DNA of 64,000 nucleotides from Phoronis australis (Eukaryota; Animalia; Phoronida): NCBI GenBank assembly GCA_002633005.1, contig NMRA01000265.1, positions 1 to 64,000 of the forward strand, read 5' to 3'. Shown piece by piece: positions 53,201 to 64,000 of this stretch (position 1 is its first letter; each line of letters starts with the position of its first letter). The notes under the pieces were generated by a model. It saw only the letters and a program-made list of their open reading frames with translations, ran no database searches and was not told where the DNA came from. The position numbers and the translations under genes were made by a program.

Positions 53201-56200
53201 TAAACAGTGATGTCTTCAGATCTACACACAATACATGAAAATTACGACAGAAAAATGAGACATGAAAACAAATATGACAAGCAAAACGGTTATACATGAG
53301 AAAAATACTATGCGTGTTACCAGGGTAGCAGCAGAAAGTGATACACTTATTTCCGTGGTGGTCCCTTCTCCCTATAAGTAATACAACAGTTACCTAGGCA
53401 ACTTAGTAGCATCATCCACAGAGCATGCATCACTCAGAGCAGTCGTCCAGTCACCGACGACTCGAATATGGATACAAAATGTGTCTTCCTCGGGTGACTG
53501 AAAGAAAGTATACAGAGATCATATGGACTTGGTTGAAGGCTCGACTGTACATTTTGTTAAACACCGTCTTGCTTGTACTCTCTATACAATCCCTGTCGTC
53601 CAGTGTGCAATTGTGTAGCAAATCACCAAGAGACATAATGGACATATATGGAGGAAAAAGGCATGATCACTAAACTAAAAAAACTAAAGATCCAAAGGTT
53701 ACCTCAATATACCGAGAACATTAACGTTACAAACACAACACAGACAACACAAACCACTCAGTACCATGAAATCACCCAACGACTTTGCAACAGAAGGCAC
53801 ATAAATGCAAAATCGCAATTAGAAACTCCACATTCCCTAGATGGTGCTGGTGAAATGATTGTTTTGCCAATAGCAATAATGACCTGGGACCCTTATCACA
53901 TTAAACTTAAGCTTTTTGGCTCTTACACTATTCAGATAATAAAGATAACACCTTTCTTTCATCGGCACCATAAAAAGAATATCGAGTCACCAATCCAAGT
54001 GGATAGAGAAGAAACGCAGTGCGCATTCTGTATTTACCGATGTGAGTGTGAATGGATGCCACTCGAAGCGGGATATCTGGGGACAGTGCAAGAATATATA
54101 CTGGCCAGCTTCCATTGTGAATCCTCTCTTCTTCAGCTGAAGTTCAACGACACGAGATGGGTGCTTGACAACCTTGGTTATGACCACTTTTTGCTGACTT
54201 CTCCAGAAGCGGACGACTCTCTCAACTAAATACAGGAAAAGTGGCGCAACGATCCACTTCCACGTCTGAAAATCATTTTGCATGTTTAAATCAAGATGAG
54301 CTTGCATTTTAGTGAGAGAAATGCCCTGCGTGTGTACTGTAAACGGTGCATTGATAAGAGGTGGTCATTTTTTCAAATATTTTTATAGTAGTTAACCATT
54401 AAATCAACATCAGTGTCCTCTCTTGATTGCGAACATTTAGGTCAAATTTCATGAAGATCCGTCGAAGAACTTCGTAGACATTAAGACATTACACTTTGTA
54501 TAATAACTGTGTGAGTCTTTTTGCAGATCTTTTAGGATTGTTACAAGAAACTTTGCCATATTTTAACAATTACTTTATAAATGATAATGAAATGGGGTAA
54601 AATATAAGTCACATGCTTAGTTCTACACGTATGTTTGGTTTTGACTTTTATGATTTTTCTGAAAAACTCAAAAGTTGCATAAAACGAAAAAGTTATAATT
54701 TATGAAACTGTAACAATGCTTCAAAGATTTCGTCTTGAACATTTATGAAATTTGGTCATGTTGCTATTAACATCAATTGGCTGCAAATGTACCTTGTTTC
54801 TTTTTCGCTAACCCTAAAAGGACATGGTCACATGACCCAACTAAAGAGGACTGGTATAAAGTAAAACAAAATTTTACACTACTTTCAGAAATGTATACTT
54901 TTACAGAGTTAAAACTTACAGTAAGCAGAAAAGATGAATATTTCAATCACAAGATATGAATCAGTCTACGACATTACCTCAGCACCAGGATTTTCAAAAT
55001 ACGGGACATCACATTCAGGATTCGAGCCCCACTCTTTAAACTTAGCACCACATCTAGCTGGATCATTCTTGCCATTTTCAGCAAACCTAGTCTGAGCACG
55101 TACAACTCCTCTGCAAAAACAAGAGTGGGGTATACTAGTTGCATTAAAAATCAAATGTTTATGACGCCACTATTAACCGAATAAACTCCCAATGCTGACA
55201 CCCACAAATAGTCTAATTTATTTATTCACATAAGACAAAAAAGTGTTAGTTTCTAACTGGTGTTATTTCAAGCATAACGATTCGAAAGTAACCAACTTAA
55301 ATGTTGAGATTCACATAATCAAACTGCAATCACCTCTTCTACTTCAGTAAATTCCCTGTTATCACTATAACCATCTGAAAAATGACACGAACAGAACTTT
55401 TCCTGGCAGTTACAAAAAAACAAAGAAACCTCCTGCAGAAAGTATACCAGCATCCTCGTAGTTTTGATACGCCCATGACCAGATCAAAACTCAAAATCTT
55501 TAAATACCTTCAATAATTATACTCACTGAAAGCCATGCACGATGACACCGATGAAGAATATGATGAAAAGGTGATGGGTGAACCAAAATATTTCAAAATA
55601 ATATCTCCTGAAAAATAGAACAAAATAAATCTAATGCACCAACTCAGACAAAACATATATGTTTAGCTAACTATGGAAGATAACTCAATACTTTCAACAA
55701 TGCATAATTCTTTCCTTTATGAGACAAACTAATTCCCCGTAAGCACAGATTACAATGTGTGCTTATGAATTAGACAAAACATTCGTGATATAGCCTTCTG
55801 CAATTCTGTTTGTTCACATACAGTAAAAATATTAAATTTAAGGCAGTCTGAGTCCTTTAAGAAATCCAAACAAGTCAGAAAAAGTGAACTTTTCAATATA
55901 TTTGTGCTGTAAAAAATTGCATTCCTCCTTGTGAAAGTACTATCTCCCACTTTTAAAGATCATTAACAATATTTTTAAAGAGTATTAACAATATTTTTAA
56001 AGAGCATTAACAATATATTTTAATGACCAAATGTTCTTAGTTCATTCAAGTTCATGTCACCAAACTACAGCTAACACGTAGAAAAATTCTTCACAATCAA
56101 AAATGAAAAACTAATGAATTCACGCAACACAACACTGCTCATAATGACATGATTGTAAGATATGTCCACGCACATAAATATTCCCAATCGCATTTTTAAA

Positions 56201-59200
56201 ACTTAATAAAAATTTTGAAAGCAATGAATATGCATATTTGAAAGACGTTCACTTTTCAAGCTGGAACCAAATGACTGAAATTGAAAAACTTTATGAATTG
56301 GAAACACTTAGCAAACTTTTGTTCCAATGCATGTCTTTTCATGTCGCATTCTTGACAATGGTGTTAGAAATAACCCACAACTAAATTACAATAAGGCTGC
56401 CAAGTCTTTTGCCCAACTGATTTTTATTTCAAAATGAAATGCAGTGTCAAATGACAAGATCGAAATCACAGACCTTAGAATTTCAGTGGATGAAGAAACA
56501 ATTAAAATGAGTGACAGTGTGATGACTACGCCAGTCCAGCCTGGTAGGAGTTTGAGGACTTCAACTATAGGGTTCTGAAAATACAAATCACATCGAGAGA
56601 CCATAAAGAATACGCAAGGCAAAATTTGATCAACGCATTCAACACCTTTTTCAAGAAAAAAGACTAGTAATCAGATTAATTAGATAATTATAAGCTGATA
56701 GTGGTCAAAAGTAAACTTAATAGTAACATGTATGAAAGGAAAGAAGAGGTGTTGACATATTGATGTTGTCGCATTCAACATTACCTACTGGAATACGCAT
56801 GTTTGCGAATTTAACGAAAAAGAAAATCAGCCACACTTCCTCAAAATTCTTGACTCTTTGTTACACTCGGCGTAGATGTTCTGAGAGCCCCTTCATGTAA
56901 GCAATAGAGACTGAAGGTGATCTCTTCTCTTCTTGGTCACCAGGGGGGTCCTCCCTAGGTCGACGTTGAGGGGGGTTTGAGTGCCCAATCCTGGTACATC
57001 TACGCCGAATGTACAAGTCTTACAACATCAACACCTATATGAAACCCATTAACGCCCTGAGAAACCAGCTAGTCCACCCCAAAGATCCTACCCCCCTTGA
57101 TTGCCAATGTTGTGTCATATATATTATATATATACTGTCATGCACTGAAGACCTGTCTCATACCTACATCGGCAAGATCAAGCGATCCCTGGACACCAGA
57201 ATCACAGAACACAACAAATTGGACAAGCCCACTGGCATGGGAGAACATCTTGGAATCTTCAGCCATACTGTAAGTGGCAAACACGCCAAGATACTGGCTA
57301 AAGAGGAAAACTGGTTCTCAAGAAAGATTAAAGAATCCTTTACATCAAAACCAACAAGCCCACCATGGATCGTGATCAAAGTTTGCAACTTCCACCCATC
57401 TATGATACCATGATACTACTTCCGGAGAACAGAATGACTGGAAACCAGGACACCTTCCTACCATTCATTGATAAGAACTGTAGAATACAGTTTGAAACAT
57501 TCTAACTTTAAAATATCCGGTCTCTGAGAGACCATTTAAAACCTTCTTTCAATTTTAAGACCTTTGCTATGCAAACGGCATACACTAACATAATCTTGCC
57601 TTATATAAAAGAACAACAACAAGCAACATTATCCTATTGGCAACGTTTAGGATTAGTCATGACTTTAGTGCCTGTCAGGTATGAGATGCCTAATTGCCTA
57701 TAAACATAATGCAGTTTAGACCTCCTTCCCGTACAGAACCCTAAGTCACGTCCACACACAGCCTACCCTACAACAACTTACTTCAGCCTTGTCTTAAGTT
57801 TGCGGTCACACAGCAATTAGAAGTGGCGGAAGTTACCCTGGAACAAGTTACCCCATCTCGATAAGATGGAGTAAGTTGTCTTAAGTGGGTTAAATAGCAT
57901 TTATAAATAGCGTCCACACAGCTTCCAAACCTAGCGGCAACTCTTTCCAGGGGTAAATTGTTCCAGGATATGTTGGTGTGTGGACGGCACTTTAGTGAAC
58001 AATTGCAAGGTTTCGCAACATGGGGTTCTTGACTCCGTGGTGAAAGACATGGATGGTTTCTGCTATTTATTTTTATGCTTTTGCCAACCCCACAGCCCCG
58101 CCCCTCCATCATATTGGTCAATATGGATCATTCAAGACAAGATTGATGAAAAAAGTCCAGTGGAACTTCTTACCGAGTTACTGTCACGTACAGGATTGAT
58201 GTAGGGGCTATTTAGACTGGTCAGAGCTAGCACCAATGGACCATGTCCAGTCTTGTTAGCATACTGAGGTATATGAGCATTGACAAAGTTTTCTGCATTG
58301 AAGCAGTGAGCACCTGTGTGAATAGCTGAAAATCAATGAGACATTTTTCCTAAAAATAGAAACACGTTTCTTAAATTTCAAGTTCAACACATGGTACCAT
58401 CGTGAGTATTTATAGCAGCAATGTAATCCTTTGAAAAACACCAGTTCTGACAACCACTTAAATGCGAAATGTACGACACTTTGTCATATTTTAACAATTA
58501 GTTTATTGATAATAATGAAATGAGGTAAGATATAAGTCACATGCCTGGTTCCACACGTATATCCTGTTTTGACATGAATACAAATTAAGAAACTTTTGTA
58601 TCAATTTACTCACTGTAGTTGAACAAAACAGAAATTCCACACTGTTGAAGAATGGCAGATACTAGAACTGCAACTGTATCATGCTGAATGCAGCCTAACC
58701 TGACACTAACCTGTCATGAAACAAATGACATATGCCACCAGTTTGTGGAAAGCAATGTTCTTGTCTAGTGGCCGAGCCACGCTTCTCTTGCAGCACTGAA
58801 AGAGTAAAAATATAAACTTTAACGTTTGTTCAGAAAACTTTTAAATCAAAACTTTTTAAAATATGGATTTGGCGAAGTTTTGCCCATCAATTTCAAGTCC
58901 AAAGATTTGGAAAACCTAATTTTTAAAGCAGCCATTTACTTTATTGAGAAATGATGAGTTATACAATTGGTAAAGAATTGGGACCAGTTCTCTGATTTTA
59001 AGAAATGGAGGATCACAAGTTTAAGACTAAGTTGTATCTCAACCAATGAATAACCTTCGGGTATTTGTGAGCAACATAAATCAGAGCAGAGCATGGCAAT
59101 TTTCAACATCCAAAATCTCATTAATTTGAATTAATTTCAATTCTAGCAGTACAATTACCACGACAGCTAACGTTCTACAACCATACTCTTTGGTACCCTT

Positions 59201-61934
59201 TTCCCCAAATTGTGCAGATTTGGATTTTGAATGTTTGTCAGTAACCCTTGGGAAACAACACCTCCGACAATGGGGCACAGTCCTTACATTGTTAAATTGT
59301 AGTTCCCCAAAGTACTTACCCTCATGGAGCCTCTAATCAGCGACAACAAGTTGCGACAGACGGGCAAAAGGATTAACATACAGTTGAAGTTGAGACATGC
59401 AGCTGGTGCTCGAGCAAATGCCAGGCCAAGCTGAAATAAAGATTGATGGTTTATTAGAAAGTGCCATTGACCAACCATTTGTTTCCAGTGTTTAAGCCCC
59501 ATGCTATGCCATCTATGTTGATTCTGTTCATTTATTGGGAGCTGTACCTCTAATTATGTTATTTACTACCATGGGTTAACGTTCCAAATTAAATATCATG
59601 AGACTATGCACCACATGAAGTTCACCCATTGCTTCAACTGCAAGAGTTCCTAGTGCCAAACTTGACTTATTCCAGCTTGAAGTTTGTGATTTTGCCTTGG
59701 CCTGCCTGCAGCTGTGAATCTTCAACGGATTAAGCTTGTCATGACAAAGCATGCCGTCTTTCAACTGGACACAGACAGTCTGGCTCAACATACTTAGAGA
59801 GAGTGTCTGCATTTGTGGTTATTATTATTATGAATATAAGAACACCAAACAAAACCACGTTCACTATAACCAAAGGATGATTCCTGATAAAACACCAGGA
59901 AGCCAATGTGACTGGAAACTTTCAAGTTTCTGATGCATGCAACCAATGGTTACAGATGACTCATTAAGCGGTATTAAACCCGTGTTTTCAGTCAAAAAAC
60001 AAGATTTGATTTAGACCACTATTATTCGGCCACTATTACTAGGCCACTATTACTCGGCTAGAAGTGACTGAAGAAAAAAACAAACCAGTTCTTTCCAAGC
60101 CCAAAAAGCTCTTTTAATCTCATCAAATCATGTGTTGCTTTTTTGAAAGAAAGCACACGTTTAATGTCATTTTAATGGTTGGTTTGGAATTTTGAACCAG
60201 ACATATCCACTAATGGAAGCTCATAGTGAATGTTGGTCTGTGGAGGTAAAGTAGAGTTCAACTTACGCTTGCAGAAACTTAACTTACACCTAAAATACTT
60301 CGGAGGTAGAAGTAACTGGGGCTGTTCTGGTAATACGCAAACTTTCCCCAAAACAACCCAAGATTGATGGCGAAGTATACAACCTGTAATAGAAAATCAA
60401 ATAAAATATAGGAGGTATCATCAGCAGTACTATTGTCTGTGAATTGATTAACATTATTACCTCTAATTAAACATAGGTCTATACAGCCCTCTCTACGGGG
60501 AATTTAACAATTTAGTGATTTTTTCAGGACTGGAATTTTAAAGCTGTATTTCACTCTGTTTAGCAGGCTAAATCAAAAATCGAATTTATAGGCCTTTTAC
60601 TCTCATAAAATTGGTCTAAGACTGATTTTATGAGCATAAAAGACTTAATTCCATTTTCGTTTCTCGAACAGGGTAAAATGTTGCTTCATAAGTGATGGTG
60701 AACCTGGCAAAGCCCTTGTGGTAAAACATCTTAGGTTTGAGCAGTTACCCAATGACTTCTGGACTTAAATTTGTACGCGCTGCTAATTTTCATAATCACT
60801 ATCACAAAAGTATCGGAATTCAATCGATACAGGTGTTCAGGGGCGGTGGCAGGAATTTGTGTTGGGGGGCAGGGCAGAGTATTAGCCAATATTTTTCCTA
60901 TCAGACACTTGCACCCCCGAACTATTATTTGGAATCTGGGAGAATTTTAGGGGGGGGGGGGCATGGCCCCCTTGCCACTGGTGTTGGACATGAATTGCTT
61001 CACTACTTGTGACATAACACTGTTGGTTTACTGACTGTTCTGATTGGATTAAGTGTTACTACCCACGAGAAACTATGTCCCAAGGTCATTGCATAGATAT
61101 TGATAGATAGGTTATCCATTGTTCACTTTGTTTTTCTTTCTTATAATAAACATAGTAGCAAGCATTTATCGGTAACAGACAGATGTGCGTCTAAGATACG
61201 ATATCCATGTGACCTGTATGTCTAACAAAGACGCTACAAAGGAAAACAATGGAAGTGTCCTATAGGAGATAACGATGTGATGCACTTACGCCTGTCTCGC
61301 AAATTAAACAATACCTTACAACCTCTATACGACATCATTTGGCATGGGTAAGTTTGAAAGCAGCCTACTCTGGAGCTAGAGACGATGGTCATTGTCTACC
61401 CAATTGATAGATTTGAAAGAATCTTTGACTATCTGAATACTACATCACGGGAGCAGGTCCACTGCTAAGAGGACTGAAAATAGGCAAGGTAAAATTTTGT
61501 TGACTAAACAGACAGCGAGGGAATTCAATCAGGTTGTATAATCAACAGCTGAACATACATGAGGTATACTGCATGCACCCAGTGACCCAGTTAAAATGAC
61601 TGTAAACACTGCAAAGATATGAGCCCCCTACGTTCGAAAGGTACACGCAGAGACGTGATTTTGGTGGTTTAGTCGGAGTGAAGCATAATTTTAATAAAAT
61701 ATTTCGACGCACGTGGCACATTAGGATGTACCTGTACTCCATTGACAATGCCACTGACTTTCCTTAGTTTAAATTGAAAACACCGAACGTGAACAGAGTC
61801 AGAAAAGACAGAAATGAGGCGTGAAGCTGAGTCGGAACTTCCGTTAATATTCCGTGCAGATCTCTTTTCTCCAAACAATCACATCTCACCAAAACAGCCC
61901 ATTTTGGAGCTTCATTGACTAGTCGACTTCCCAT
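47272..61934 (-). CDS. CYBB: NADPH oxidase NOX2/gp91phox-like (cytochrome b-245 heavy chain), 15 coding exons, about 567 aa
   Basis: Phase-compatible GT-AG exons: 61934-61890, 60383-60288, 59430-59320, 58795-58711, 58325-58174, 56574-56474, 55607-55527, 55110-54978, 54265-54038, 53497-53394, 52247-52211, 51229-51147, 49806-49611, 48824-48700, 47398-47272 (1704 nt in total). Motifs: [22 protein letters not shown]; heme histidines in AFHKLV, IHTGAH, FTHHLF and VHG; HPFTLTS; HIRVVGDWT; VDGPFG; GTGIGVTPF; FEWFADLL; GRPSW; FFCGP; KENF*. No EF-hands. Assignment to NOX2 rather than NOX1/3 is by resemblance only. Confidence 0.95.
48250..48605 (-). mobile_element. Possible decayed CR1/L2-type LINE fragment in last NOX intron
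   Basis: Broken peptides [16 protein letters not shown] and LLRLQKRAC resemble the region after the RT domain of LINE ORF2. Confidence 0.4.
50490..50660 (-). mobile_element. Degenerate tRNA-derived SINE
   Basis: The - strand reads GAGCCAGTGTGTCCTATTTGGGTGAGTGTC (A-box-like) ... GTGAGGTCAAGTCCCAC (B-box-like) ... CCCTTGAGTCAGG. Confidence 0.5.
56862..57510 (+). mobile_element. 5'-truncated, 5'-inverted Penelope-like retroelement (GIY-YIG endonuclease region) in NOX intron 5
   Basis: ORF 57009-57413: [57 protein letters not shown]. The upstream linker ([14 protein letters not shown]) lies inverted at 56862-56995. Confidence 0.88.
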
Positions 61935-62031
61935 AGCTTCGACAAACGTATTCACTTAAAAGACAACATCATCGCCCATGGCTTCTATCGTTTTTAAGCA
62001 TCACAACTCCACAAGCTAACTTCTTGCGATC

Positions 62032-62044
62032 GAGGAAGTGAAAA
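62032..62044 (+). promoter_or_regulatory. Ets-IRF composite element (EICE) in the NOX proximal promoter
   Basis: GAGGAAGTGAAAA matches the GGAAnnGAAA consensus, 98-110 bp upstream of the ATG at 61934. Confidence 0.55.
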
Positions 62045-64000
62045 GGCGACACCTATTAGTAGTCAGGTTCATTCTGTGCAAGCAGTGCCCTCAGTCGGCA
62101 GTGTTGTAAGGTTTATTGCCACAGTACCAGCAGATGCACCGGCATGAACTTCATGTCTTTAGCCATTGAGCAGTGGCGGATTTAGGGGGGCGGGGGACAA
62201 GAGGGCCATGGCCCCCATAAAATTTTACCAGATACCATTTGGGAGTTCGGGTGCGAATTGCTGACTAGCACACGCGCGCAACCCATAGGCCTTGAACAAA
62301 CCCCGTTTACCGTTTTTTTTTTAGTCAGAAGGTCGGCAAATAAACACAGAAATTCGGGACCCTGAATCCTCACATTGTAGGCTGAGCGCATCTGCCGAAA
62401 TTCTGGTTATTCCTGTGCCCTGTCCCCTCTCCCCAACTCAAATCCTGCGGATCCGCCCCTGGTTAGTTTCATCGTTCTCATAAAAAATAGCTTTTAGTAT
62501 CTTTCAAGATTGACACCAATGATACGTCAGCAGTTGAGAGAACGAGAATTGGTTGAAATCTTCAAAACATGGTTTAGTATCGCGGTTTTTTAGGAAGGAA
62601 TCAATTTTAATTTTTAATAAAATTTACACACCCGTTGTCACAATTTGGACAGTTGGCGTGTAAACGCAAAAAAGCGTAAGTCACACTTGCCCGTTTAGCA
62701 AACTTTAAAGGAGTTTTCAAAATTTTCAGAAAACTTTTGAGGGTTTCATGGTTGGTTATAGATCATTATTTTGTTTCAGAGAACAGGATGTGAAAGAGGC
62801 CAAAAACTGGATTGGGTATCCCGTTAAAAATGCAAGAACGTACTCATTTTTCCGTATTCGTAAGGCATGCGGGCACTTTTTTATTCGCATGAAATCAATA
62901 GTACCCGGACATTGTTTTTGGTAAGTATACACCACTCAATGCATCTAATAACTGAAGTATCGTTTACTTTTGCATGCAAAAGTATAAAAATTAAACCTGA
63001 GTTCGAAATTTTAGATATTTTCAGAGTAGCGAACCTGCACAATAGTGAACCATCACAATGGGTGGGCTGTTTCCGTTTCCGGCGCTGTAAGCCAATAAAA
63101 CGCAAAAATACAACCAGATAAAAATTTCTTCAAGTCATTCTCAGACCAAAAAATCCCGTCCGAGTATGTAATAGGTGCAGCCTGATTTGAAAGTTTGGCG
63201 GAAGGTAACGCGAGAGCGTTCTCTTTCTGGACCACATTACAGATCCGAATTTCAGTCCTATTCTATACGAGCAATCGTCACAGCATCCTCATTTCCGTCT
63301 CGTCTCAGGAACGTAGAACTGAGAGTCATCGTCGTGTATACAGATTTTCCTTCCCCATAATTAAGCTGCGTCAAGGGCCTTACCGAAAACTCTACAGTGT
63401 CGACCTTTACAAAATATCAAAGCATTTTCGTCTCATAACTAAATGATAAGGTGGGTTGGTTTCCCCAGACTGTAAATTTTATTAACTGACCGTCTGGCTT
63501 GTTATTACGTACTTTCAAAATTTGAAGTCTACGTTAAAGGCGCGAAATCTAGTCTGAACGGAAACTCGAACTCCAGAGAGTTGTGGTAAACTCGACAAAC
63601 TGCATCACAAGCAGTTTTAGTACCATACGGTTACTTTTCCTATGAATTTTGGTTCTGGAAATTCGATGTTCCTAACGTAGGATGTTTGTTGGAAAACGCG
63701 TTTTGTGGATGTATGTGTGTGTGTGAAGATCTCCGTTTTCTTCGTGTAATGTGTATTTGATATTTAGAAATAAGTATTTTTAAAAGGTTTTATTTTCGAA
63801 TCTGACTGAATTTAGTCCCAGGCATGTTAGCGCGCCTTTACCTGTGCAAAACACCTGAGTAATAGCAAGATGCAAGTTAAATTTAAAGAAAATATGTGTC
63901 GATGTAACAGACAGAGCGATAGATACTGACTTGTTCTTACATTAGAATCAATTAATGTCAAAGTTGCTACAAAACATTTTTCTGGAATTAAAATACCAGC

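Noticed and set aside
53648-54229. 193-aa + strand ORF
   Set aside because: Antisense to NOX exon 9 and its intron; no recognisable motif.

Overview
AT-rich metazoan (invertebrate-like) genomic DNA with spliceosomal introns, read by eye. From left to right: (1) most of a Kolobok DNA transposon (1-11430), with the last exon of KolX on + and a convergent, frameshifted multi-exon THAP/DDE transposase on -. The element ends in ...CT|TTAA and has a 2.4-kb hAT-type element inserted in its first splice donor. (2) A repeat-rich spacer (11.4-26 kb) with several MITEs and a 1.1-kb probable false duplication. (3) A tandem cluster of three stand-alone PHYHIP C-terminal-domain genes on - (27-40 kb) with differently expanded Asp/Asn/Tyr/His repeat tails, lying in patchwork local duplications that include a BEL/Pao fragment. 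(4) A complete 15-exon NOX2/gp91phox-like NADPH oxidase gene on - (47272-61934), with a Penelope fragment in an intron and a consensus Ets-IRF composite element about 100 bp upstream of the ATG. The best leads are the PHYHIP-domain array (possible ADP-ribosyltransferase-like effectors; inference only) and the NOX2 promoter element.
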